Assembly: GCA_963765495.1 (NCBI GenBank)
Contig: CAVXWP010000008.1
Coordinates: forward strand, 576,001-640,000
DNA: 64,000 nucleotides
From: Blastocatellia bacterium
GTDB taxonomy: Bacteria > Acidobacteriota > Blastocatellia > UBA7656
Reading direction: 5' to 3'
In this document: positions 17,711 to 26,574 of the stretch, in pieces
Layout: each line of letters opens with the position of its first letter
Numbering within the stretch: the first letter of the stretch is position 1
Translations under genes and position numbers: made by a program
Notes under the pieces: model-generated
Database searches by the model: none
What the model saw: only the letters and a program-made list of their open reading frames with translations
Told to the model about the DNA's origin: nothing

Positions 17711-18949
17711 TCAATCTTCCATATCCGCTAAGCGACAAATGAATCCCCATCCACCGCCGAGTTCGCTCACCGCCAACATCAGTTCATTGCTCCCCTTCTT
17801 CAACTGGAGGTAGACAGCATCGTTCTCCGGGTTAACGATGCCAAGGAACCCGGGGTCGCGAAAGTTCTGGGCGCTTCGGCCACGGTAGAGAATCTTGCCA
17901 TTCAGGAACACGCTGACGTCGTCGCTATAACCGATGTAGAGCTTTTTCACCTGGTCCCGGTCGGAATCAATTATGGTCCGGGCATAGATGGCTTTCATCC
18001 CCGGCTGGGGTTCCAATCGCTTCGAAAAGTCGTTTGCAAATGAGACTCTCAGGTGCGGGGCCTCACGATATCGATATATGACCACAAAGCCGGGCGGTTC
18101 TGCCTCCACCTCCTGCCAACTTCTTACATCGCTATCGGAGGGTGGGAGCGGACGTTCAAGATTACACGCGAGCCCATCGTATGAGGGGGATAAGGTCCAC
18201 TTAACCAGGGTGCCCGGAGGTATCGGCGGCAGGTGTCGCGACCAGGGCGCATCGGGCGTCGTCCGTATTTCGAAATTCGAGAAATAGGTTGCTCCCGTCA
18301 GGACCGTCATGGCCACCTGACCTTTCTGAACACCGCTTTTCAGATCATTCATTACAAGCACGGGCTTATCCATCTTCTCTACATAGAACCTTGCCTGCGC
18401 CCCCACCACCTCCAGACGCAGGTGGAACCAGACATCTTTGGGGATATCGACCGCGCCGGTGAAGCCTGGCCCATTATAGATTTGCCAGTTAAGGCCGGTG
18501 TTGAGAACCGGCGTATACTGTATGGCATCGGGAAGCCCGGATTTGTGCTGGCGGAGATAGATCCATTCCGAGTTGGCGCCGTCATTGGCGATCCGAAACT
18601 GAATGCCGAAGAACCCGCGGATTGCAGGGGTCGCGACATCCACATCGACAACGCCGTCTCGCATTTCAAAGTCCTTCAAAACCGCCGCTCCACCATCGAT
18701 CAACAAGCATTTTCGTCCTCGATATTCAGCTGCCTTCGCTTGTCCTTCTAGATCCCAGCGCTGGGAATCTGCGGGAACGGAGAGCGTCTGAGGCGTCTGG
18801 GAATGGGCAATAGACTCAGACAGCACCCTGGGCGTCGCTGAAGAGGTCTTTAGAGCGACAGAAAAATTGAGACCTATCAGCGCCACAACCAACCACGCTC
18901 TGACCGAAGCAGAACCCAATAGGCAAAGTGCTTTACTTCGCGTCATCAT
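17711..18949 (-). CDS. exported hypothetical protein with a concanavalin-like domain and a C-terminal beta-sandwich
   Basis: WFHLRLEVVG, GYSDDVSVFLNGK and LKKGSNEL...GGGWGF motifs; start uncertain. Confidence 0.7.
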   Translation of the reverse strand: MMTRSKALCLLGSASVRAWLVVALIGLNFSVALKTSSATPRVLSESIAHSQTPQTLSVPADSQRWDLEGQAKAAEYRGRKCLLIDGGAAVLKDFEMRDGVVDVDVATPAIRGFFGIQFRIANDGANSEWIYLRQHKSGLPDAIQYTPVLNTGLNWQIYNGPGFTGAVDIPKDVWFHLRLEVVGAQARFYVEKMDKPVLVMNDLKSGVQKGQVAMTVLTGATYFSNFEIRTTPDAPWSRHLPPIPPGTLVKWTLSPSYDGLACNLERPLPPSDSDVRSWQEVEAEPPGFVVIYRYREAPHLRVSFANDFSKRLEPQPGMKAIYARTIIDSDRDQVKKLYIGYSDDVSVFLNGKILYRGRSAQNFRDPGFLGIVNPENDAVYLQLKKGSNELMLAVSELGGGWGFICRLADMED

Positions 18950-19335
18950 TTCAAATTTATATCCTTCCGTTGAGAATCGAGAGAGAACAAGATAACCACA
19001 ACCAACACTTGCAAATTTTGTTTTCAAAACGACAATGGCGCAAGCCAACGATACCACATTTGGAGCCACTCATCGGCGTTGAAACATAATGTATTCCTTT
19101 GATCGAAAACACCGTTTTGTGACTAAACGGCCCGATGTTGTGACGAACCGGAGGCTTCCTTGATAGCGGGACATGATATATGGGTATGTATGGAAAGCAA
19201 TTCAGGTTTTTCTGTAGGTTGCTCATCTCAATTGAATTCCAATCCAATTGATCGTAGAATCCCTTCTCTTTTGGGACGGTATTTCTCAAATTGGCTGAAG
19301 TGTTATTCGCAGTCTTCATATAGTGAGGTATCACG

Positions 19336-19746
19336 ATGAATAACAGGAAGAAAGATTTGAAAGAACAGTATAAACTAACACCCACATCCATGGGCATCTA
19401 CCAAATTCGCAACCTCACAAATGGCAGAATTTTCGTTGGGGCCGCCCTTAATCTACCCGGTATTCTCACCAGCAATAAGCTTCAATTAAGATCGGGAAAC
19501 CACCCGAATAAGAGGCTCCAAGCCGAGTGGAATGAATTCGGCAGCGAATGCTTTGCATTTGAAGTACTGGATGAACTGACAGCAACACAAGGAGCGGGCC
19601 ATGACTACCGAGGAGATCTAGCCTTCTTAGAGGAGTTATGGCTGGAAAAATTGCAGCCTTACAGTGATCGGGGTTATAACGAAAAGAGGAGAGGCCGAGA
19701 AGAGAGGCTGAGAGAGATGGCGCAAAGGAGGTTGGGTAAACAATGA
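19336..19746 (+). CDS. GIY-YIG-family nuclease-like protein
   Basis: MGIYQIRNLTNGRIFVG and HPNKRLQAEWNEFG motifs. Confidence 0.85.
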   Translation: MNNRKKDLKEQYKLTPTSMGIYQIRNLTNGRIFVGAALNLPGILTSNKLQLRSGNHPNKRLQAEWNEFGSECFAFEVLDELTATQGAGHDYRGDLAFLEELWLEKLQPYSDRGYNEKRRGREERLREMAQRRLGKQ

Positions 19747-19786
19747 GAAGCATTTCACAGGTTGCGTAATGTGTCGCGCAAACCGA

Positions 19787-19887
19787 GTCTGGTTGCTCAG
19801 TCCAACCGACGCGCATGCCAGATTCTCGTGTTCCATCTATTGAAACGCATAGGGGGCCGCAGCACGCCACTGAATCCGGCATTTCTC
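19787..19887 (+). repeat. eroded attC site related to the 85-bp family
   Basis: TGCTCAGTCCAACCGACGCGCATGCCA...TCGTGTTCCA...CACTGAATCCGGC; core boxes lost. Confidence 0.55.
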
Positions 19888-19954
19888 ACCATAACCTGCA
19901 CAGTTGAACTCTCTACTCAATCAATCATAGTATGTCGATAGGTGGAAATTGCTT

Positions 19955-20449
19955 ATGTTTTGTCCAGGGTGTGGCACTCAAAACGATCTTAACCATAGAT
20001 ATTGCCGACAGTGTGGACAGGCTCTCTCCGATGTTCATCTTGCTGTCATCGGGAACACCGATCAATCGCTTGAAAGGCTGAAAAACAGTCAAGAGTGGAT
20101 AAATGCCGGCAGTGGCACGATTGTCGTTTTTACATTGATTGGGGTAGCTTTAACCATTTTAGGCTTTTCTATCAATGAGCCTGTGCTGATCAACATTGCC
20201 TTAATCAACATGATACTTGGTTCGATTATAGGGATTCCTTTGGTCTATCTTGGCAGGGTTAACCTGAAGCGGGCTGCCCGCTTATTATCGAAACGAGAAG
20301 GGGAAGCCAATCATTCAAGCCTTAACCAAAAGCAAGAACCAGAGACCCTGTTAACATCGGGGCTTGACTCAGAATCGAATAGGATGCTGAATCCTGTCTC
20401 GGTAACTGAGCATACTACGCAAAATTTGCAGGATCGCGAACCTACATAG
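19955..20449 (+). CDS. zinc-ribbon membrane protein
   Basis: FCPGCG...YCRQCG, two TM segments, C-terminal SVTEHTT motif. Confidence 0.8.
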   Translation: MFCPGCGTQNDLNHRYCRQCGQALSDVHLAVIGNTDQSLERLKNSQEWINAGSGTIVVFTLIGVALTILGFSINEPVLINIALINMILGSIIGIPLVYLGRVNLKRAARLLSKREGEANHSSLNQKQEPETLLTSGLDSESNRMLNPVSVTEHTTQNLQDREPT

Positions 20450-20502
20450 TTCTGTGATCAATTCTCTTCTGAGTCATAACCCTGTACCCGAAATACACCC
20501 AT

Positions 20503-20931
20503 TTATGATTCCAGCTTCGCATCCATAGTTATTTTTGCATTCAACAGCCGCGATATTGGACATCCTTGCTTCGCATTGTTGGCTGCCGTTTCAAAAGCCT
20601 CAGGGCTTGCTCCGGGAACATTTGCTTTCACATCCAGATGGACTTCGGTGATGGTAAAACCTGCCTCTGTCTTGTCCAAAGTTACGGTGGCTGTCGTGTT
20701 GATACTATCTGCAACCAGCCCCGCCTGACCCAGTTGCCCCGAAAGAGCCATCGAAAAACAGCCGGCGTGGGCTGCTCCGATTAACTCTTCGGGGTTTGTG
20801 CCAATCCCATCCTCAAATCTGGTGCTGAAGGAATACTGAGTGCTGGAAAGTACCCCGCTATCAGTAGATATAGCCCCTTTTCCGCTCTTGAGATCACCCT
20901 GCCAAACCGCAGAAGCTTTTCGTTTCATCAT
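20503..20931 (-). CDS. osmC: OsmC-family peroxiredoxin
   Basis: GTNPEELIGAAHAGCFSMALS and AKQGCPIS motifs. Confidence 0.93.
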   Translation of the reverse strand: MMKRKASAVWQGDLKSGKGAISTDSGVLSSTQYSFSTRFEDGIGTNPEELIGAAHAGCFSMALSGQLGQAGLVADSINTTATVTLDKTEAGFTITEVHLDVKANVPGASPEAFETAANNAKQGCPISRLLNAKITMDAKLES

Positions 20932-21141
20932 ACCCTCCTAAAAATAAAATAACTGCCGACAAGAAAGCATATCATCCAAAAGCCTATTGAGGCGAAGTGA
21001 TACGGAGAGTAGGATAATATGTCGTCTCGTCAATTTGTAATATGACATCCCGAGTTTTGTCGCATTTCGTCTTGGCGTAAGAACAGCTTCCCTCACGGGT
21101 TTAACATCAATCGGGTTATTTATTTCGCAGGGTTGGGAATT

Positions 21142-22215
21142 ATGGCTATAGAAGAACACTTGAATATTTTGAAGCAGGGCGTTGTGGCATGGAATCAATG
21201 GATCAAGACAAACAGGGGGATACGGCCCGATCTTCGTGATGCTGATCTCAGTGGCCTCAATCTTTCCAGCATCAATCTTAAGGAAGCCTGGCTAAAGGGT
21301 GCGAATCTCACAAAAGCCAATCTACAGAAAGCCAAACTTGACAACGCCTACATGAGGAACGCAAATCTCAGCCGTGCGAACCTCACAGAAGCGTCTCTTT
21401 CAGGGACCAATTTGAGACACGCCATATTACAGAAGGCAAAACTCAGACGTGCCTATCTTAGAAGGGTAGACTTCAGTTACGCTGATTTGAGTGGCGCAGA
21501 CCTGAGCGAATCAGTTCTTGAGTATTCCAGATTCGTAGACACCAATCTGAAGAATGCGAATATCAAGTCCTGTTTCATCTATGGAGCCTCGGTTTGGAAT
21601 ATACAGGGCATCCCCAAAGACCAATCCAACCTGATTATTACTCCACGCCCGTTGAAGAGCGCCGCACGCAATGAGCCAACGATCAAAGTAGATAATCTCG
21701 AACTGGCTCAATTCATCTATCTGCTTTTGAATTATGGAAAGCTTCGTGATGTTTTGAATTCCATTACGAAAAAAGGGGTACTGATTCTGGGACGTTTCGG
21801 AGGAGGCGGGCTTGATGTTTTGCATTCGATTGCTTCTAAGTTGAGAGAGATGGAGTATCTGCCGATCATCTTTGACTTTGATAGACCGGAGGACAGAAAT
21901 TATACGGAAACGATCAAGACACTGGTGGGGTTATCTCGATTTGTCATCGTTGATCTAAGCGGCCCCTCAGTCCCACAGGAACTCTACGCAACGGTTCCTC
22001 ATTTTAAGGTGCCGTTTATACCTATAATTGAAAAAGGCAGACATCCATATTCATTATTCATAGAACTCTTTGAGAATGACCATGTCTTACGGCCGATAAT
22101 TGAGTTTGAAAGCATAAAGGACCTGGTTGAGTTAATACCATCTAAAATCATTGCTCCTGCGGAAGAGAAACAGAAGGCGAGACAGAAACTCTTAAGCGAA
22201 TTGTTCGATTCGTAA
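21142..22215 (+). CDS. pentapeptide-repeat protein with a C-terminal alpha/beta domain
   Basis: HLNILKQGVVAWNQW, tandem A(D/N)Lxx repeats, C-terminal VLILGRF...RFVIVDLSGPSVPQEL. Confidence 0.85.
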   Translation: MAIEEHLNILKQGVVAWNQWIKTNRGIRPDLRDADLSGLNLSSINLKEAWLKGANLTKANLQKAKLDNAYMRNANLSRANLTEASLSGTNLRHAILQKAKLRRAYLRRVDFSYADLSGADLSESVLEYSRFVDTNLKNANIKSCFIYGASVWNIQGIPKDQSNLIITPRPLKSAARNEPTIKVDNLELAQFIYLLLNYGKLRDVLNSITKKGVLILGRFGGGGLDVLHSIASKLREMEYLPIIFDFDRPEDRNYTETIKTLVGLSRFVIVDLSGPSVPQELYATVPHFKVPFIPIIEKGRHPYSLFIELFENDHVLRPIIEFESIKDLVELIPSKIIAPAEEKQKARQKLLSELFDS

Positions 22216-22271
22216 TTGAACTCTTTGCAGGAAAGCAGAAAATCCCATCCATCTCGATTCGAAAGGAGAGC

Positions 22272-22745
22272 ATGGTGATAAATTCCCGCTCACAAAAAAA
22301 GATAGACGATTCTCATTTCGTCCCCTACTCCTAAGAGTTTTATGATGTCATCGGAGATGCCCCAAGTTTCTTCAAGGTCATTGATACGAATGCCCATGAA
22401 GGGCATGTATACGTCAAAGATGAGGATGCCCTCTACTTTACGACAGTCCCGCAAAATACAAGTATTCCTCTTTCGGGATTCAAAGAGGTGGCTATAAAGT
22501 GGTAAGTCCCGGGATTCCCGACGGCATGAAACTGGACTCGGCGGGCCGCGTCTACAGTTCATCGGCAAGCGGGCTGTTAGTATATAATGCCTCCGGCGAT
22601 TTGGTTGGAGAGATACTGGCACCGGGAGTAGCCAATTTCACATTTGGCGGTCCTGAAAACTAATGTCATCTACATGATGGCCGATACGGTGATATGGGCA
22701 GCAGAAATCAAGGCCGTCGGCGCAACTCGGCCACAAACTGCTTAA
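22272..22745 (+). pseudogene. SMP-30/gluconolactonase remnant
   Basis: RBS plus ATG 22272; TAA 22332; NAHEGHVYVKDEDALYFTT; jump near 22503 to PGIPDGMKLDSAGRVY...GVANFTFGG; frameshift; TAA 22743-22745. Confidence 0.8.
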
Positions 22746-22895
22746 CCGCTTTTTCGGGCAGATGCTTATATAGAAGAAGCGGGCCGCTGATTTTGTTCTC
22801 AGTCGGCTCACTGCCGGATGCCAAAGTAATGGTATATGGATAGCCACGCGGAATAAGTCACGACGCAAACGCCTTAAGAGTGAATACGGGTAACG

Positions 22896-24116
22896 ATGGA
22901 AACAAGAATTTATCTTGGCGATTGCCTGGAAAAAGCTAGAGAGTTGCCCGCCGATAGCGTGGACCTGATCTATCTCGATCCTCCATTCTTCACTCAAAGG
23001 ATACATAAACTCGGCACAAGAGATCGGGAAAGGGAGTTCCAGTTCAGTGACCTATGGACATCCGAAGACGACTATGGAGAGTTTCTCCACTCAAGATTAG
23101 AGGAATTTTATCGAATACTGGCTTCGACCGGCTCTGTTTTCTTTCATTGCGATCACAATGCATCGCATATCGCGCGTCACATTCTTGATAAGATATTCGG
23201 AAAGGAGATGTTTCGGGCCGAAATCATCTGGCATTACAAAAGGTGGTCCAATTCACAAAAAAATCTTTTGCCGTCTCATCAGAACATCTATTTTTACTCC
23301 AAATCGCCCGCCTACAAATTTAATCAGATTCTTCAAGAATATTCCTCCTCGACAAATGTAGACCAGTTGCTTCAAAAAAGAAGCAGAGACAAATTTGGAA
23401 AGTCAGTTTATGCAAAAGATCACAACGGCAAGCCAATCACAAACGGTCTTAAGAAGGGTGTGCCGCTTGGTGATGTCTGGGATATCCCGCTTCTCAACCC
23501 TAAAGCAAAAGAGCGAACCGGATATCCAACTCAGAAACCAGTGCTCTTGCTCGAAAGAATCATTCAAATCTCAACAGACCAGAATGACTGGGTCCTCGAT
23601 CCGTTTTGTGGGAGCGGCACTACTCTTGTTGCCTCACAATTCTTGAAACGCAATTCAATCGGTATAGATATTTCCCCCGAAGCGATTGAAGTCACGAATT
23701 CGCGGATCAGAAATCCCACAAGGACCGATTCTCATCTGCTCAATAAAGGGAGAGATGCTTTTCAGAATGTTGACCGTGAGGCGCTTGAATACCTAAAGGG
23801 GCTTGATGTAATTCCTGTTCAGCGCAATAGCGGGATTGATGCCCTCCTGAGATCTGAATTTGCTGGAGGGCCTGTTCCAATTCGCGTCCAGCGAGCGGGG
23901 GAATCGCTTATGGAAGCAGGCTACGCGCTTTATAAAGCGGCAAGAAGCAAGAACGCTTCGGCTATGATTCTCATTGTGATAAAGCACCAACCGGGAATTG
24001 AAAACATTGATTCCCTGCCCCCGGGCGTCTTCGTCGTTGATTCCACAAGCAACGCTGTTGAAAAACTTTTGATAAAGCTACGCCGAGAACTACGAGCGGC
24101 AGGCGTTGAAGACTGA
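22896..24116 (+). CDS. beta-class N6A/N4C DNA methyltransferase with a C-terminal extension
   Basis: Motif IV DPPF precedes YPTQKP and motif I DPFCGSGTT. Confidence 0.9.
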   Translation: METRIYLGDCLEKARELPADSVDLIYLDPPFFTQRIHKLGTRDREREFQFSDLWTSEDDYGEFLHSRLEEFYRILASTGSVFFHCDHNASHIARHILDKIFGKEMFRAEIIWHYKRWSNSQKNLLPSHQNIYFYSKSPAYKFNQILQEYSSSTNVDQLLQKRSRDKFGKSVYAKDHNGKPITNGLKKGVPLGDVWDIPLLNPKAKERTGYPTQKPVLLLERIIQISTDQNDWVLDPFCGSGTTLVASQFLKRNSIGIDISPEAIEVTNSRIRNPTRTDSHLLNKGRDAFQNVDREALEYLKGLDVIPVQRNSGIDALLRSEFAGGPVPIRVQRAGESLMEAGYALYKAARSKNASAMILIVIKHQPGIENIDSLPPGVFVVDSTSNAVEKLLIKLRRELRAAGVED

Positions 24117-24335
24117 AGCGATGACAGACTAAAACTGAGGTTGGTTGCACCCGGCAGGCTACATTGATAGAATCTTTACAGGCTGGCGCAGTAAAACCAG
24201 CGGACATTCCATCCTCTGTAGCGTTCAGCCATCCTCGTGAGTTTCTAAACCGACCGAAAATGGATCCTGCAAAGTGACTCCCGAGGTATCATACGAACCG
24301 TCTGGGTCCGGGTAAATAAGAAGGGAGTTTTAGTT

Positions 24336-25370
24336 ATGTTATACCGCAAAGAATTCTCAATGCGAATCATTGCCGTGCTGGTCGCCTTGATGATTTTTGC
24401 CGGGCCTGCATCTGCACTTGGCGCTGACAGCAATGATAAAGAGACCAAACCGCTTAAAGAGAAAGAGAACCCTCTTCTCATCGGCAAGCGGCAAATTAAT
24501 AAAGGCAGCATAAATTTTTACTCGCTCGAAAAGGAGCGAAAACTGGGCCAGGAACTTGCCTCGGAGGTTGATCGAACTGCCAAATTCATCACAGATCCCG
24601 TGATCACCGAGTACATAAATCGAGTGGGCCAGAACATTGCCCTGCATTCGGACGGGCAGATGCCTTTTACAATCAAGGTTATAGACTCATCTGATGTAAA
24701 TGCGTTTGCGCTGCCGGGTGGATTCCTCTATGTCAACACCGGGCTGATACTTGCCGCAGACAGTGAAGCCGAGATTGCCGGGGTGATGGCCCACGAAATA
24801 GCTCATGTAACCGCGCGGCACGGCGTAGAGCAGGCATCTAAAGGGAGGCTATTACAGTTCCTCTCGATCCCCTTGATTTTTGTAGGCGGTCCCGTAGGCG
24901 TGATTGTGCAGAACGCAGCCAATATTCTTGTGCCTCTGACATTTTTGAAATTCAGTCGGGGGGCCGAAGAGGAGGCGGATCGTCTCGGTCTGCAATACCT
25001 CTGGGCATCGGGCTACGACCCAACGGAGATGCTGAATTTCTTTGAGAAACTAAAGTCCAGAGAAAAAGATGATCCCGGCACTCTGGCAAAAGTTTTCAGC
25101 ACACATCCGACAACAAAAAAGCGACTGGAGAAGGCCCGCAGCCTTCTGGCCCGCTTCCCGGAGCGTGATGAATACACCATCTCCACATCAGAATTCAGTC
25201 GGGTAAAAGACAGGCTCCTCCATTTGACCAACCAGCGGGTGCTCGATGGAAGCGGTCGAGGGCCAACGCTTAAGCGAAAGCCCCCCACACTAAAACGTGG
25301 CGATTCCGGCTCCGATGATTCGGTGAAAAATCCGCCTACATTGAAGCGCAAGCCCGATAGCGGCAATTGA
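24336..25370 (+). CDS. M48-family metalloprotease (BepA-like)
   Basis: NAFALPGG, HEIAH, EEEADRLG and FSTHP motifs; signal peptide. Confidence 0.9.
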   Translation: MLYRKEFSMRIIAVLVALMIFAGPASALGADSNDKETKPLKEKENPLLIGKRQINKGSINFYSLEKERKLGQELASEVDRTAKFITDPVITEYINRVGQNIALHSDGQMPFTIKVIDSSDVNAFALPGGFLYVNTGLILAADSEAEIAGVMAHEIAHVTARHGVEQASKGRLLQFLSIPLIFVGGPVGVIVQNAANILVPLTFLKFSRGAEEEADRLGLQYLWASGYDPTEMLNFFEKLKSREKDDPGTLAKVFSTHPTTKKRLEKARSLLARFPERDEYTISTSEFSRVKDRLLHLTNQRVLDGSGRGPTLKRKPPTLKRGDSGSDDSVKNPPTLKRKPDSGN

Positions 25371-25440
25371 TACGATACGCCCCCGCCAGATCGGTGGCCG
25401 GTTGATTCGGTTCCTTTATGCTTAGGACACTGATCGCCGC

Positions 25441-26373
25441 TCACCGGCCACTGCTTTCATCTGGCGAACAGGTTTGAATGAAACTTCGCAAGGCTTCCAG
25501 ATAAGACTTTCCACCGACCAGATACGTAGAATTGTGAGGCGCATTCTTCACTTCATAAAAACGTTTTGGTTCAGGCGCGGCTTCGAAGAGTTTCCGCCCA
25601 AGCGCATAAGGAACCACCTCGTCGGCCGGACTGTGGACGAAAAGCTTTGGACATCGGACGGCTGTGATCTTATCAATGGAATTCATCTTCGAGTGAAGCA
25701 ATATACTCGGAAAGAAAGGCAGGATGGTCCGAGCCATATCGGCTGCGGACGTAAAGCTCGATTGCACGATCAAACCGGCGGGGCTTACTTTTCCGGCAAG
25801 GTCTATCGCTGGAACCCCGCCGAGCGACTTCCCAAAGATGATTATTTTATTCGAGCTTATGCCCCGCTCACTTACCAGGAAATTCCATGCGGCGCGGGCA
25901 TCCAGATACAGGCCCTTCTCCGAAGGAGCGCCTTCGCTTTTGCCGTAGCCGCGATAATCGATGATGAAAATCTGTGCAGGTAAAGCCATCAACACTCTTA
26001 TCATTTCGTAACGGTAGGTCAGGTTTCCCGCATTTCCGTGGAGAAAAAGCAAGACCATTTTTGAAGGCAATTCAATAAGCGCGCCGCCTTCGCTCTTAAG
26101 AGGCGTACAGTACCAGCCGTGTAGCGATACCCCGTCTTCGGTGGTAATAAAACAATCCTCTATTTTGGGAATTATGTCGCCATCGCGCAAAGGTATTCGG
26201 CTTGTGTCCCAGAGGCCATCAGGATACTTTGTCGGGAAAAAGATAAATCGGTCTTCCAACAGCATCAAGGCTATCACCAGACCCGCGCAAAGCAAAAGTG
26301 ATAATCGCGCGATCCGCCAGCCGAAATTGGTGTTGTGGCAGAGATTCTTTAGAAACTTCTTCACTCGCCCCAC
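25441..26373 (-). CDS. alpha/beta hydrolase (ABHD13-like)
   Basis: HGNAGN, DYRGYGKS, GKSLG nucleophile motif, HN. Confidence 0.9.
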   Translation of the reverse strand: MGRVKKFLKNLCHNTNFGWRIARLSLLLCAGLVIALMLLEDRFIFFPTKYPDGLWDTSRIPLRDGDIIPKIEDCFITTEDGVSLHGWYCTPLKSEGGALIELPSKMVLLFLHGNAGNLTYRYEMIRVLMALPAQIFIIDYRGYGKSEGAPSEKGLYLDARAAWNFLVSERGISSNKIIIFGKSLGGVPAIDLAGKVSPAGLIVQSSFTSAADMARTILPFFPSILLHSKMNSIDKITAVRCPKLFVHSPADEVVPYALGRKLFEAAPEPKRFYEVKNAPHNSTYLVGGKSYLEALRSFIQTCSPDESSGR

Positions 26374-26574
26374 CTCTTCCAGTCTTTAACGCCCGATCAG
26401 TTTTTGAGTTGCGACCAATTGGCGAAAAAAATTAATCGCCTACGCTTGGTTAGCCAGAACACGCTTCCGATCTTTACAATCCTTGACCAGCATCAGGGCA
26501 ATATGGTACGCATGGCTATTCAATATTATGTGGGTTGATTCGAATCTTTACTTTAGCACCGGGAGGATCTCAAA

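Noticed and set aside
1597-19887. The 85-bp repeats or the heptamer arrays as a CRISPR array
   Set aside because: Repeats are kilobases apart or directly tandem, with no regular 30-40 bp spacers and no cas genes.
1-24200. Integron integrase or prophage genes in the island
   Set aside because: No tyrosine recombinase motifs or phage structural genes were recognised.
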